Made by a program: the position numbers and the translations under genes
Shown here: in pieces, positions 37,376-47,643 of the stretch
Numbering within the stretch: the first letter of the stretch is position 1
Layout of the letters: each line of letters starts with the position of its first letter
Origin: Akkermansia sp.
GTDB lineage: Bacteria > Verrucomicrobiota > Verrucomicrobiia > Verrucomicrobiales > Akkermansiaceae
NCBI GenBank assembly: GCA_017398765.1
Contig: JAFQEY010000061.1
Span: forward strand, 7,973 to 71,972
Length of the DNA: 64,000 nt
Direction of reading: 5' to 3'
Notes under the pieces: model-generated
The model's database searches: none
Told to the model about the DNA's origin: nothing
What the model saw: the letters and a program-made list of their open reading frames with translations, nothing else

Positions 37376-38659
37376 TTACACGTTCTTGATGATTTCCATC
37401 ATCGGCATGAACATGGCCAGCACGATGCTGCCCACAACCACAGCGAGGAATACTATCATGATGGGTTCAAGCATGGCGGTCAGTGCTGCCACAGAGTTGT
37501 CCACTTCTTCATCATACACCTCGGCTACTTTCAGCAGCATGTCCGGCAGTTGACCTGTCTCTTCACCCACATCGACCATAGAAATCATCATGGGCGGGAA
37601 TACATCGCAGCTGGTCATCGGCGTGACAATGGATTCACCCTCACGCACGGAATCATGAATCTTGGTGATGGCATCCGCCACGATTACATTGCCGGCTGTA
37701 TCGCGGGTAATCAGCAGGGCCTGAAGAATCGGCACGCCGGAGGCCACCAGTGTACCAAAGGTACGGGAGAAACGCGTAACGGCACTTACCTTGGTAAGAT
37801 GCCCCAGCTTGGGAATGCGCAGCATGAAGCGGTCAACGATTCTGGCACCTTTTGGTGTCTTTTTCCAGAACATGAGACCAATGACGGCACCGATGATTAA
37901 CACAACGAATACCAGAGCATTGGGAATAACCGGGATAATGCTGTCAGCCATGCACTTGTCTGAGAAGTTGAACACAAACTCTGACAGGGCGGGCAGTTCC
38001 ATGCTCTGTGCCTCAAACATTTCTTTGAACTTGGGCACGATGGCCAGCATCAGGAAAATGAGGATACCCACGGAGATTACCAGAATAATGATGGGGTATA
38101 CCATGGCGGAAACAACCTTGCCGCGCAGTCGGTTGGCTTTTTCCTGATACTCTGCCAGACGCTTGAGCACCACTTCCAGCACGCCGCCCAGCTCACCGGC
38201 TTTCACCATGTTGACAAAGAGCTTGTTAAACAACTTGGGATAAGCCCCCAGAGCTTCGGAAAAGGTGGAACCGCCCTGCACGGATTCTCCCAGAGCACCG
38301 ATAGTGGCACGCAAATTGGGGTTGGGTTCCTGTTTGGAAAGAACATTCAGACTCTGGAGCAAGGGCAAACCGGCATCAATCAGCGTGGCAAGCTGGCGGG
38401 TGAACACCATCATTTCCTTCTGTTTGACGGGGGCTCCCACTTTCCCGGTCTTTTTCTCTTTTTTGGCCCCTTTGCCTTTCTTGGTCTCTTTCTTCTTGGT
38501 CGCGGCCTTGGCTTCTGCCTTGGTGCTTTCCACGCATTCGCGCACCAGCAGTCCCTGACTGCGCACCATCTCCATGGCAGCTATCTTGTTATCGGCCGTG
38601 ACGAAGCCGGTTTTTTCTGCGCCGTTCTGATCCAGCGCTGTGTATCTGAAATTAGGCAT
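37376..38659 (-). CDS. pilC: PilC/GspF inner-membrane platform protein
   Basis: FTRQLATLIDAGLPL, GELGG.L, AMVYP, SGVPILQAL, GEETGQL, LEPIMIV. Confidence 0.93.
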   Translation of the reverse strand: MPNFRYTALDQNGAEKTGFVTADNKIAAMEMVRSQGLLVRECVESTKAEAKAATKKKETKKGKGAKKEKKTGKVGAPVKQKEMMVFTRQLATLIDAGLPLLQSLNVLSKQEPNPNLRATIGALGESVQGGSTFSEALGAYPKLFNKLFVNMVKAGELGGVLEVVLKRLAEYQEKANRLRGKVVSAMVYPIIILVISVGILIFLMLAIVPKFKEMFEAQSMELPALSEFVFNFSDKCMADSIIPVIPNALVFVVLIIGAVIGLMFWKKTPKGARIVDRFMLRIPKLGHLTKVSAVTRFSRTFGTLVASGVPILQALLITRDTAGNVIVADAITKIHDSVREGESIVTPMTSCDVFPPMMISMVDVGEETGQLPDMLLKVAEVYDEEVDNSVAALTAMLEPIMIVFLAVVVGSIVLAMFMPMMEIIKNV

Positions 38660-38730
38660 ATTATTGCGTTTGGTTAGAAAATTTGTTCAGCTGGTTTAAT
38701 AAATAGCAGATGTGAGCCACTGCGTCAAGA

Positions 38731-40398
38731 TTAAGTGTACTTGAGTACTTCTTCAATGGTTGTATGACCCTCAAATATGTTTTGAATGCCATTTTCCCGG
38801 AGGGTGGACATACCCAGCTCGATGGCTTTTTGTTTCAGAACAATGGAGGGAACATTCTGTGTGATGAGTTCCTTGATTGGGTCAGTCACGTTGAGCAGCT
38901 CGTGAATGCCTTTTCGACCTTTGTAGCCGGTGTGGGCGCATTTATCACAGCGGGCTCCTGTGTAGAACTGTTGCTGGCCGATGAGTGCCGGGTTGATACC
39001 CAAACGGGCAAGCAATGAGTTGGAGGGAGTATACGCCGTTTTGCAGTACGGGCAGATGGTGCGCACCAGTCGCTGCCCAAGCACTCCCAGCAGGGTGGCA
39101 GCAAGCAGGAATGGTTGCACGCCCATGTCGACAAATCGTGTAACGGCACCGGCTGCGTCATTCGTGTGCAGGGTGGAGAGCACAAGGTGACCCGTCAATG
39201 CTGCCTGAATGGCAATCTGTGCCGTGTCCTTGTCTCGAATTTCTCCCACCAGAATGCGGTCCGGGTCCTGACGCAGGAACGCACGCAGCACACGGGGAAA
39301 TGTGACCCCGATTGCTTCATTGATAGGTACCTGCACAATGCCGTCTATATCATATTCCACCGGGTCTTCTGCCGTGAGCAGTTTGGAGTCCTCTGTGTTC
39401 ACTTCTCGCAGGGCGGCATACAGGGTCGTGGTTTTACCTGAACCGGTAGGCCCGGTCACCACAAAGATACCGTTTGGCTTATTCACCGTATCAATGATGT
39501 ACTCATGCAGCTTGGGGTCGAGGTTGAGGTTGTTCAAATCCAGACTCACACTGCCGCGATCCAGCACACGCATTACCACGGATTCACCGTATTGGGTGGG
39601 CAGAGAGTTCACACGCATGTCCACACTGTGTTCTCCCAGGCGCATCACGATACGGCCGTCCTGCGGCACTCGGCGTTCGGCAATGTTCATGCCCGCCATC
39701 ACTTTTACGCGGGAGATGACCGGGCTGGCAAGGTGTACGGGCGGCGGTGCCATTTCATACAAAGCACCGTCCACGCGGTAGCGAATCTTGAACTCCTTCT
39801 CAAAGGGTTCCAGGTGAATATCTGATGCTTTTTCCTTGATGGCCTGAGTAATCACCAGATTGACAAATTTAATCACCGGGGCGGAGTTTGCTTCCTCTGC
39901 TCCGTCCTGACTGCCCACGCTCATGGTGCTCATTTCATTGAGCAAATCGCCCATGGCGGCATCTGCTCCGCCGTAGCATTCCTGCAAACGGGAGCGTACT
40001 TCGTAATCAGCTGCCACGTACAGGTAGATATCCTGTCCTGTAGCCATGCGGAGATCGTCTATCGTTTGCGGGTTCAGCGGGTCTTCCAGACACACGTAGA
40101 GACCCTCTCCCTCACGGTATTCAACGGGCAGGGCACCATGCATGCGCGCCTGCGGACCAGGCAGCATGTTCAATACTTCCTGGGGGGGATAGAAATCAAC
40201 CAATGAGATGTACTGTGCACCCACTTCCGTGGCAATAACGTTCCAGAAATCTTCCGGTGAGCCGATGATGCCGAAATCGATGAGGGTTTCCCAGACCTCC
40301 TTGCCGCTGTTGGCCATTTCGTCCTTGATATCGCGGGCAACGGCCTTGTCCAGCATGCCGTTGTTGATGAAGACATCCAATGTTACATCGTTATTCAT
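38731..40398 (-). CDS. PilB/GspE assembly ATPase (paralog 2)
   Basis: ASDIHLEP, RVPQDGR, GPTGSGKTTTLY, EDPVEY, LRQDPD, TGHLVLSTLHTN, CPYC...CDKC. Confidence 0.95.
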   Translation of the reverse strand: MNNDVTLDVFINNGMLDKAVARDIKDEMANSGKEVWETLIDFGIIGSPEDFWNVIATEVGAQYISLVDFYPPQEVLNMLPGPQARMHGALPVEYREGEGLYVCLEDPLNPQTIDDLRMATGQDIYLYVAADYEVRSRLQECYGGADAAMGDLLNEMSTMSVGSQDGAEEANSAPVIKFVNLVITQAIKEKASDIHLEPFEKEFKIRYRVDGALYEMAPPPVHLASPVISRVKVMAGMNIAERRVPQDGRIVMRLGEHSVDMRVNSLPTQYGESVVMRVLDRGSVSLDLNNLNLDPKLHEYIIDTVNKPNGIFVVTGPTGSGKTTTLYAALREVNTEDSKLLTAEDPVEYDIDGIVQVPINEAIGVTFPRVLRAFLRQDPDRILVGEIRDKDTAQIAIQAALTGHLVLSTLHTNDAAGAVTRFVDMGVQPFLLAATLLGVLGQRLVRTICPYCKTAYTPSNSLLARLGINPALIGQQQFYTGARCDKCAHTGYKGRKGIHELLNVTDPIKELITQNVPSIVLKQKAIELGMSTLRENGIQNIFEGHTTIEEVLKYT

Positions 40399-40435
40399 AA
40401 CTCAGAAAATGTTGGTGGTTAGTTGTTCTGTTTCA

Positions 40436-42058
40436 TCAGCTGGCATCACCGGCGGTCACGCGTATCACTTCTTCGGCAGAGGTGAGTCCTGCCATCACCT
40501 TGCGGATGCCGTCCTCACGCAGGGTACGCATGCCTAATTCCCGGGCACGCTTGCGCAGCTGTGCAGATGTCATGTCAGAGTTGACCAGTCCGCGAACATC
40601 ATCGGAAATCTCGAAAATCTCAAAAATACCTAAGCGGCCTTTCATGCCCTTGCCGCGGCATTTTTCACAGCCGCCGGGGCGGGGTACCATAACCTGTCTG
40701 TTGATATCCACTCCCAGCGTGGTGGCCTGTTTGGGGGTCATGGTGCCGGGTATCTTGCAGCTGCAGAGGCTGCGGCAGAGACGCTGCGCCATGATGGCTC
40801 GCACGGCAGAGGCAATCAGGAATCTGTCTACCCCCATGTCGGCGAGACGTGCCACGGAGGAAGGTGCATCATTGGTGTGGAGGGTGGAGAGGACGAGGTG
40901 ACCGGTCATGGCGGCCTGAATGGCGATACTGGCGGTCTCCCCGTCTCGAATTTCACCAATCATGATGATGTTGGGGGCCTGACGCAGCATGGCGCGGAGA
41001 GCCGCAGCAAATGTCATGCCGATTTCGGAGCGAATCATCACCTGATTAATGCCGGAGAGCTCGTATTCCACGGGATCTTCAGCGGTGATAATCTTTTTGT
41101 CCGGGCGGTTCAGGTGGTTAAGGCAGGCGTAGAGTGTGGTGGTTTTACCGGAACCGGTGGGACCGGTTACCAAAATCACGCCGTCAGGCAGGGTGACCAG
41201 GCGGTCGAATGTGGCCTCATCGTCCGAAAGGAAGCCCAGCTGGGGCAACCCAAGAGCCAGCGCAGACTTATCCAGAATACGCATGACCACGGATTCACCG
41301 TGGTTGGTAGGCACGGTGCTGACACGGAGGTCGATGTGAGCACCGTCTTTCAAATCAAGCTCAATACGCCCGTCTTGCGGTACGCGTTTTTCTGCGATAC
41401 TCATGGAGGTGCTCATCACCTTGAGTCGGGCCACAATCGGTCCCAGCAGTTTCTTGGGGTGGGTGGCAACCTCCACCAAACGTCCGTCCACGCGGTAGCG
41501 TATGCGGACTCTATCCTCCATGGGCTCGATGTGAATATCAGAGGCTCGCATGGTATGCGCCTCATTGAACATGTTGTCAATCAGTTCGATGATGGGGGCT
41601 TCCGTATCACCCTTGGCGTACTGCTTCTGCTCTGGGTAGTATTTTTCGAGGGCCTTCTTCATCTCCTTTTCGGAGGTGACAAAGAACGAGACGTCGCAGC
41701 CCAGGAACTGGGGCAGACTGTCCATGGTGTTCATGTCGAAGGGGTCAGTAATGGCCACTTGAAGGGAGAACCCATCATCGCCCAGAGGCATGAATCCTAC
41801 ACGGCGGGCAAGCTCCGGTTTGACGCGTGCCACAATGGCGGGGTCGACCTCAAAGGAGGAGATTTCCACATATTCCAAGCCAGAGTTGGAGGCGGCAATC
41901 TGGGCTATGTATTCCCCTGTCATGTAACCGTTATTGACAAGGTATTCGATAACACTGTCCAGCGGGGAAAGTTGCTGACGCACAGCCTCCAGAGTGCCTT
42001 CATCGATGGCACCGGCTTCCACCAGAAGTTGCAGAAGAAAAGATTCGTTCGAGTACAC
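40436..42058 (-). CDS. PilB/GspE assembly ATPase (paralog 1), GTG start
   Basis: ASDIHIEP, GPTGSGKTTTLY, EDPVEY, LRQAPN, TGHLVLSTLHTN, CEKC. Confidence 0.95.
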   Translation of the reverse strand: MYSNESFLLQLLVEAGAIDEGTLEAVRQQLSPLDSVIEYLVNNGYMTGEYIAQIAASNSGLEYVEISSFEVDPAIVARVKPELARRVGFMPLGDDGFSLQVAITDPFDMNTMDSLPQFLGCDVSFFVTSEKEMKKALEKYYPEQKQYAKGDTEAPIIELIDNMFNEAHTMRASDIHIEPMEDRVRIRYRVDGRLVEVATHPKKLLGPIVARLKVMSTSMSIAEKRVPQDGRIELDLKDGAHIDLRVSTVPTNHGESVVMRILDKSALALGLPQLGFLSDDEATFDRLVTLPDGVILVTGPTGSGKTTTLYACLNHLNRPDKKIITAEDPVEYELSGINQVMIRSEIGMTFAAALRAMLRQAPNIIMIGEIRDGETASIAIQAAMTGHLVLSTLHTNDAPSSVARLADMGVDRFLIASAVRAIMAQRLCRSLCSCKIPGTMTPKQATTLGVDINRQVMVPRPGGCEKCRGKGMKGRLGIFEIFEISDDVRGLVNSDMTSAQLRKRARELGMRTLREDGIRKVMAGLTSAEEVIRVTAGDAS

Positions 42059-42238
42059 GGGATTGAGAGAGGTGAAGTGTATATGACGATACGGCGCAGC
42101 TCACGTCTACGCACTTTCCGTAGTCTACACCAAGAATGTGCTCCCGTCAATCTCCCAGTTTCAAAAAATGTCAACCTGACGGTATTTTGACGTAAAAAAC
42201 TTGCTGTTGTGAGCCTGTGTGTGGTATATATAGATGCG

Positions 42239-42679
42239 ATGAAGAGGTATTTAATGCAGTTTATATTGCTCGCGGGCTTGAGCGTGCCTCCTCTTATTGC
42301 CCGGGGGGAGAGTGAGCTTTTGCCGGAGGCAGATGTAAGAGCCGAGTTGGCGGAGGAGGAGCTGAGCGAAGCTGAGAAGGCGCTGAGGGATGAGATACAC
42401 GCCCGAGGTCAGGAGTTGGTTAAATTACTGCAGCAGGTGCAGGACGCAGCCTCGGCAAAGAAGCATGCGGCGCGCATTCGGGAACTGTTGCTCTGGGAGC
42501 CGGATGCTGCCATAATGGAACAGGCTGATGAGGAATTATTGGCTGTGGAGTTCATGGAATTCTTTGAGCTTATTTCTGCTGAGTTGTCCCGTCTGGCGGA
42601 GCTGAGGTTCTATGGCGAGGAAACGCTGCAGGAACTTATGCTGTATTTTGAAAGCGAGTTGGAGGAAGAAACTCCCTGA
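42239..42679 (+). CDS. Acidic helical hypothetical protein with signal peptide
   Basis: MKRYLMQFILLAGLSVPPLIA, then Glu/Leu-rich helices; fills the gap on the coding strand. Confidence 0.7.
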   Translation: MKRYLMQFILLAGLSVPPLIARGESELLPEADVRAELAEEELSEAEKALRDEIHARGQELVKLLQQVQDAASAKKHAARIRELLLWEPDAAIMEQADEELLAVEFMEFFELISAELSRLAELRFYGEETLQELMLYFESELEEETP

Positions 42680-42735
42680 TATGCCGCATTCCGGCATTGC
42701 GCCCTGCACCGAATTCTGCTAGCATTGGCACCAAT

Positions 42736-43344
42736 ATGGCAAATACATCTCTTTCCCCGGAATTGGCTAAGCTGGCTATGGAGCTGGCCGGAGCGTTCGC
42801 TCAGTCTCAGAAGGTGGTTTCCGCCAAGGCTCGCATAGGCCTTTTTTATCAGAACCCTGCTGCAACGGAACTTTTCCGCAAAGTCAGTGACTATGGAGAA
42901 AATCTCCGGAACAAGCACATGGAGGGTATGCCCCCTTCAGAGAGTGAGATTGCAGAGTTTGATAAACTGCGTCAGGATGTGGTCAATAACCCTCTCTGCA
43001 AAGGGTTTCTTGAAGCGCGGCAGGAGCTGGATGAAATGCTTGCCGTGGTGAATCAGTACATGGTCATGGCTATTGAAAAGGGAGTTGCCCCCACAGATGA
43101 AGAAGTAGCTGATGCCATGACGCAGCAGATAAGTTCCTGTTCATGCGGTGGCCATTGCGGTGGGGATTGCGAGGATTGTGATAACGAATCCTGCGATCAT
43201 CATCATGAGGAAAAACACGAGTGCTGCTGCGGAGGTCATGGGGATGACCATGAGTGCTGTGGAGGTCATGGAGATGGTCATGAGTGCTGTGGCAGACACA
43301 AGCACGATGGCGACCACGAATGCCGCTGCAAGAATAAAAACTGA
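42736..43344 (+). CDS. YlbF/YmcA-family regulator with a His/Cys-rich C-terminal tail
   Basis: All-helical body (NPLCKGFLEARQELDEML..VN), followed by SCSCGGHCGG and repeated HECCGGHG units. Confidence 0.75.
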   Translation: MANTSLSPELAKLAMELAGAFAQSQKVVSAKARIGLFYQNPAATELFRKVSDYGENLRNKHMEGMPPSESEIAEFDKLRQDVVNNPLCKGFLEARQELDEMLAVVNQYMVMAIEKGVAPTDEEVADAMTQQISSCSCGGHCGGDCEDCDNESCDHHHEEKHECCCGGHGDDHECCGGHGDGHECCGRHKHDGDHECRCKNKN

Positions 43345-43356
43345 TTACAGATTCCT

Positions 43357-45180
43357 TTGACCCGATTCTCGGCATATTGGTCGGCTTTGTTGCCGATACT
43401 GTCGCGGCTGCTCTTTTTTGCGGTTTTGCTGGCGTTTCCTTTTCACGCTGCACAGGTGTGGCTGCGGCAGTGGGATATGCCTTTTGAGTTAACAGGGTGG
43501 GGAATTGCCGCTGTTGCAGCATTGACAGTGGCTGTGTTGGTGTCGGTAGTGGGGTGTTTTCTTCGTGTGCGCACCCTGCTGCCGGCTCGTCAACTGTGGG
43601 GGCTGCTGTTACTGGCAGCCCTTTTTGTAAGCTTGGGGCATTTATTGGCTTTTTCCTCGCTCTGGCAACTGCATTTCCCCGTGCTGCTGACTATGGGCAT
43701 TATCTGTCTCACCTGGGGAGTCCTGCGCCGCTGGGCATTGCTGCTCTGGGCCCTCTTCATGGCAGTGGAAATGCTGCAGTTCATCGGGTTTCATCAATAC
43801 GGTTCCCGCATCAACTCATTGGTGTTGGCGGAAACCTTTGAGGCCTCCATGGAGGAGGCCATGGCCTACCTCACGCCGCTGAATCTGGCACTGATGCTAC
43901 CGCTGGCACTGCTGTTGGTGTTGTTTACCCGGCTGCAGCTGCGTCTATTCAGAAACAGTACTCGCACGGAGCTGCTCAATACGGGGATGCTTTTCTGCGG
44001 GTTGTGCGGTGTGTTTGCCTCTTGCCTGCTGCCGACCGGGCAGACGGTGAACTACTACTGGCCGGCCTGTGAAGTACCTGAGTTGGTGAACGCGGTTTCA
44101 GAGGCTCTCACTATCAATGAAGCAACCATCAACCAGGTAGAAGGTCTGGAATCTCCGGCAGACAAGCATTCCACCTTGATGACCCTTGAGGGAAGAGAAG
44201 GTGTTGTGTTAGTTTTGCATATAGGAGAGAGTATCCGGGCGGATCGCATGACTGTGAACGGTTATTCCCGCCGGACGACGCCGTTTCTGGCCTCCTGCGG
44301 CAGTCAGTTAATCAATTTCCCTACCTGTATTTCCGCCGCCTGTGATACCTGTCAGGCGCAGATTGCCATTCTTACCAACGGGCGGCGCAACATCTACGAC
44401 CTTACGCCGGGCATGCAGCCTACCGTAGGTTCAGTCATTGATTTGTTTGCCAAGCATGATTTCCGTGTGTACTCTTTCTTCGGCCGCCGCTGCGCGCAGA
44501 AACTCAAATATGACCGCGTTGTGCAGCTGCTGACCCGGCATTCAGAAGCGCGCTTTAATGCGCCCGGTTACCCATGGACCGCGGTAGAGCAGATGCGGCA
44601 GGTTCTGCAGGAACAGGACAGAAAGCAAAATCTGCTCCTGTTTGTCAACAATGAGGGTAGCCATACTCCTTTTGGATACTACGATTTGGAGAATCCGCCC
44701 TTTACGCCCACCACGCCGGATTTCCAGAACCCGACAGCGCAGGCGGAAGAGGTGAATAACGCGTATGACAACACCATTCACTACACAGATGAGTTTTTCC
44801 GCCGCGTGGCAGACTTGCTGGAGGGCCGCCCCTATGTTTACCTCTATGTGAGCGACCATGGCGAGTACCTGGGGCATGACGGCTGCTGGGGAAGAGCCTT
44901 TCTGGGGCAGCATCCCTACCTATACCACACCACGGACGGCTGTAAAGTGGGCATGTTTGTCCTCTTCTCTCCGGAGTTTGCTGCTCTGCGTCCGCATTTT
45001 GCCAAATCTTTAGAACAGCTGCGCTGCAACAGCCGCATGACGGTGGCTCACGAACATATTTTCCATACCCTGTTGGGCCTCTTCGGCTTTTCTACGCCGT
45101 ATTATGATGCCTCGCTGGACTTAACGTCTCCCGCAGTTCAGCCCTATACCGGTCCGCAGCCCCCGAAGCATGAGGACTGA
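43357..45180 (+). CDS. Phosphoethanolamine-transferase/sulfatase-like membrane protein (EptA-like)
   Basis: N-terminal TM helices, ET..EAM.YL, HIGESIRAD, GY.R.TTP.L, GSH, YDNTIHYTD, SDHGEYLG, HTLLGL. Confidence 0.85.
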   Translation: MTRFSAYWSALLPILSRLLFFAVLLAFPFHAAQVWLRQWDMPFELTGWGIAAVAALTVAVLVSVVGCFLRVRTLLPARQLWGLLLLAALFVSLGHLLAFSSLWQLHFPVLLTMGIICLTWGVLRRWALLLWALFMAVEMLQFIGFHQYGSRINSLVLAETFEASMEEAMAYLTPLNLALMLPLALLLVLFTRLQLRLFRNSTRTELLNTGMLFCGLCGVFASCLLPTGQTVNYYWPACEVPELVNAVSEALTINEATINQVEGLESPADKHSTLMTLEGREGVVLVLHIGESIRADRMTVNGYSRRTTPFLASCGSQLINFPTCISAACDTCQAQIAILTNGRRNIYDLTPGMQPTVGSVIDLFAKHDFRVYSFFGRRCAQKLKYDRVVQLLTRHSEARFNAPGYPWTAVEQMRQVLQEQDRKQNLLLFVNNEGSHTPFGYYDLENPPFTPTTPDFQNPTAQAEEVNNAYDNTIHYTDEFFRRVADLLEGRPYVYLYVSDHGEYLGHDGCWGRAFLGQHPYLYHTTDGCKVGMFVLFSPEFAALRPHFAKSLEQLRCNSRMTVAHEHIFHTLLGLFGFSTPYYDASLDLTSPAVQPYTGPQPPKHED

Positions 45181-45217
45181 TGCACTCTTTTTCACTAATC
45201 ACCGCATTACTTTTCGC

Positions 45218-45982
45218 ATGAATACAAAACCGTGGATAAAAGCAGTTTTCAGCCCTACCGGCGGGTGCTGTGCCATTGCAGATGCCATTGTGACAGAGGT
45301 TTGCCAAACACGCCATGTTGATTTAACCTACCCCTGCGTTATTCAGAGTGTGCCGGAGAACATGCCGCTGTTGGCGGTGGTTCCTGTGTATGGCGGGCGA
45401 GTCCCGGAGCCCGCGCTGGAGCGACTGTCGATGCTGAAGGGGCAGGGAGGCCCCGCCGTTGCTGTGGTTGTCTATGGCAACCGTGCCTATGAGGATGCGC
45501 TTCTGGAGCTCAGCGATGCACTTTCGGCAAACGGGTTTAGCGTGGTGGCCGCCGCTGCGTTCATTGCGGAGCATTCCGTTGTACGCAGTATTGCCTCCGG
45601 TCGCCCGGATGCCGTGGACAAGCAGGTGGCGGTGGATTTTGGCCGCGCTGTCCTTTCCAAACTTGCCCAGTCGCAGGAGAATTGGTCAAAACCGGAGATT
45701 CCCGGTAATCCGGAGTATCGGGAACGCCCGAAAATGCCGGTCACACCCGTGACAAGCGATGCTTGCGGGCACTGTGGCAGCTGTGCCTCCATGTGCCCGG
45801 TGGAAGCCATCCCCATGGATGACCCGCAGACCACGGATGCCGAAAAGTGCATCCTCTGCATGCGCTGTGTGGAAATCTGCCCGCAGGAAGCCCGAGCACT
45901 CCCCGCACCCATGCTGGAAGCCATGACCGCACGGCTTATGCAGGTGGCAGCGGCTCCGAAACAGCCGGAGATTTACCTCTGA
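45218..45982 (+). CDS. Flavodoxin-fold + 2x[4Fe-4S] ferredoxin protein (EFR1-like)
   Basis: FSPTGG, PVYGGRVP, YGNRAYEDALLEL, CGHCGSCASMCP, CILCMRCVEICP. Confidence 0.9.
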   Translation: MNTKPWIKAVFSPTGGCCAIADAIVTEVCQTRHVDLTYPCVIQSVPENMPLLAVVPVYGGRVPEPALERLSMLKGQGGPAVAVVVYGNRAYEDALLELSDALSANGFSVVAAAAFIAEHSVVRSIASGRPDAVDKQVAVDFGRAVLSKLAQSQENWSKPEIPGNPEYRERPKMPVTPVTSDACGHCGSCASMCPVEAIPMDDPQTTDAEKCILCMRCVEICPQEARALPAPMLEAMTARLMQVAAAPKQPEIYL

Positions 45983-46506
45983 TTCAGGCTCGTTTCCCGG
46001 AATGGCGGCAGCAAGCATTCCCGAAGGAATGATTCAAATGCGGGGCCCAGTTGGGCGGGGTAGACGCTGAGCGTGTCTTCATGCCAGAAAACGGCACCTT
46101 GGGCAGAGCTGTTATCTAAAATCGCTTCGGGGTTGCCGCGTTCCCTCAGCGCAAGTCCCCAGAATTCCATATCCGACAGGGCTTGTATGGAGTGCATGTC
46201 GGAGCATTCATTCAGGTTGAAAACGCCCTGCCATCTGTCAACTTCAAGCCATGCAGAAAAAGTTCTCCCTTTTTCATCCTGATACCGAAATACCTGCTTT
46301 TCCAAACAGGCGTGCTCATCTTTCAAAGACATTTCCTGCCACTTGAAATACAGATAAGATGGCAGTACGGGGAGGTGTATCGAATAAGGTGAACTAAGTA
46401 CCTGCCTGCGGGTGTTCACTTCTTCGTTCCTTTTTCTTAACCAGAGAATGGGGTGGGTCAGCAGGGTTATGGAATCAGACGGATGAGCCGTATCTTGTGC
46501 TTTCAT
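45973..46506 (-). CDS. Hypothetical protein
   Basis: 177-aa ORF filling the gap; no recognised motif. Confidence 0.5.
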   Translation of the reverse strand: MKAQDTAHPSDSITLLTHPILWLRKRNEEVNTRRQVLSSPYSIHLPVLPSYLYFKWQEMSLKDEHACLEKQVFRYQDEKGRTFSAWLEVDRWQGVFNLNECSDMHSIQALSDMEFWGLALRERGNPEAILDNSSAQGAVFWHEDTLSVYPAQLGPAFESFLRECLLPPFRETSLNQR

Positions 46507-46627
46507 ATATTTGATATGTTGTTATGCCATGCGAGGCAGAGAGCCTTTTTCGCGTGACATGGATATTATAATGCTGTCAGATAGAAAAATCAAATATACA
46601 AAAACGATTGATAATCATATATTGCGG

Positions 46628-47554
46628 TTATGTGTTGAGGTTTTGTTTTGTAATAAAATGATGAAGTTGCTCTATGAAGAAAGTTGATAACCTGCCAAGG
46701 AGCCTGTTGCGATGATGAATAATGCCGATTCTGGCGCGCCCTCTGTTCTTCAGAGGAATAGCTGTGATTTTTGTGCCTGTTAATTCCGGATGAAGTGTGC
46801 TATGCGTCAGGGTATAAGCATTGACTCCCATCAGCAGGTCATAGAGAGTGGCTCGGTCGCGTACTCTTATGTGTCGGCTCTTATCCAGTGCATTCAGCAT
46901 TTCCTCTGTCAGGTAGAAAGAATCATGTTCCTTGTGTTCGAACGACACATAGGGAAAATCCTGCAAGTCTTCCATGCTCAGTGATTCATTGTGAGCCAGA
47001 GGATGATTGATGCTCATAAATATGCGTGGGCTTGCTTCGCTGATTTCGGTGAATACCAAATCGCGTTCCTTGAATGTTTTTTTAAGGATTTTTTCATTGG
47101 AATCGTTGAGATATATAACCCCTAACGCACTTCTCATGGTAGAGACATCTTCGATGATTTCTCCCATCTGGGTTTCTCTGATGGAAAAATCGAACTCATC
47201 GTCCTGATGCTTTCTGACCAGCACGATGAACGCCTGCACGGCAAATGAATAATGCAAAGTGGATACGCAGTATTGTTTTTTTCGAGGCCCGGATGTCAGG
47301 TATTTTTCCTGTAGAATATCGGCATGATCCAGGACTTGCCTGACGTAGACAAGGAACTCCTCACCGTTTCGTGTGAGCCGTATCCCGGTACGGGTTCTGT
47401 CGAAAATGGGGAAGCCCAGTTCATCTTCTATTTCATGGATAGTTTTTGTCAGACTGGGTTGCGAGACAAAAAGCAAGCGCGCGGCCTTGGTGATGGAACC
47501 GTTTTCTGCGATGCTTACCAGATATCGCATCTTTTGTAGAGTCAAGCTGTTCAT
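46628..47554 (-). CDS. LysR-family transcriptional regulator
   Basis: GSITKAARLLFVSQPSLTKTIHEIEDELGFPIFDRT..GI.LT..G. Confidence 0.95.
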   Translation of the reverse strand: MNSLTLQKMRYLVSIAENGSITKAARLLFVSQPSLTKTIHEIEDELGFPIFDRTRTGIRLTRNGEEFLVYVRQVLDHADILQEKYLTSGPRKKQYCVSTLHYSFAVQAFIVLVRKHQDDEFDFSIRETQMGEIIEDVSTMRSALGVIYLNDSNEKILKKTFKERDLVFTEISEASPRIFMSINHPLAHNESLSMEDLQDFPYVSFEHKEHDSFYLTEEMLNALDKSRHIRVRDRATLYDLLMGVNAYTLTHSTLHPELTGTKITAIPLKNRGRARIGIIHHRNRLLGRLSTFFIEQLHHFITKQNLNT

Positions 47555-47643
47555 ATATCAAACTGACCTGTCCTGATTATACCCAATAGAGGAGACGTAA
47601 TCAAATGTTGTGATTTCTCTCTTTGTCATAACTGATGGCTATC

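Noticed and set aside
40877..42190. 437-aa ORF on the + strand
   Set aside because: Antisense to the PilB paralog; no independent start signals or motifs.
43215..43300. About 30-nt periodic repeats as a possible mini-CRISPR
   Set aside because: In-frame coding repeats of the His/Cys tail; no unique spacers and no cas genes.
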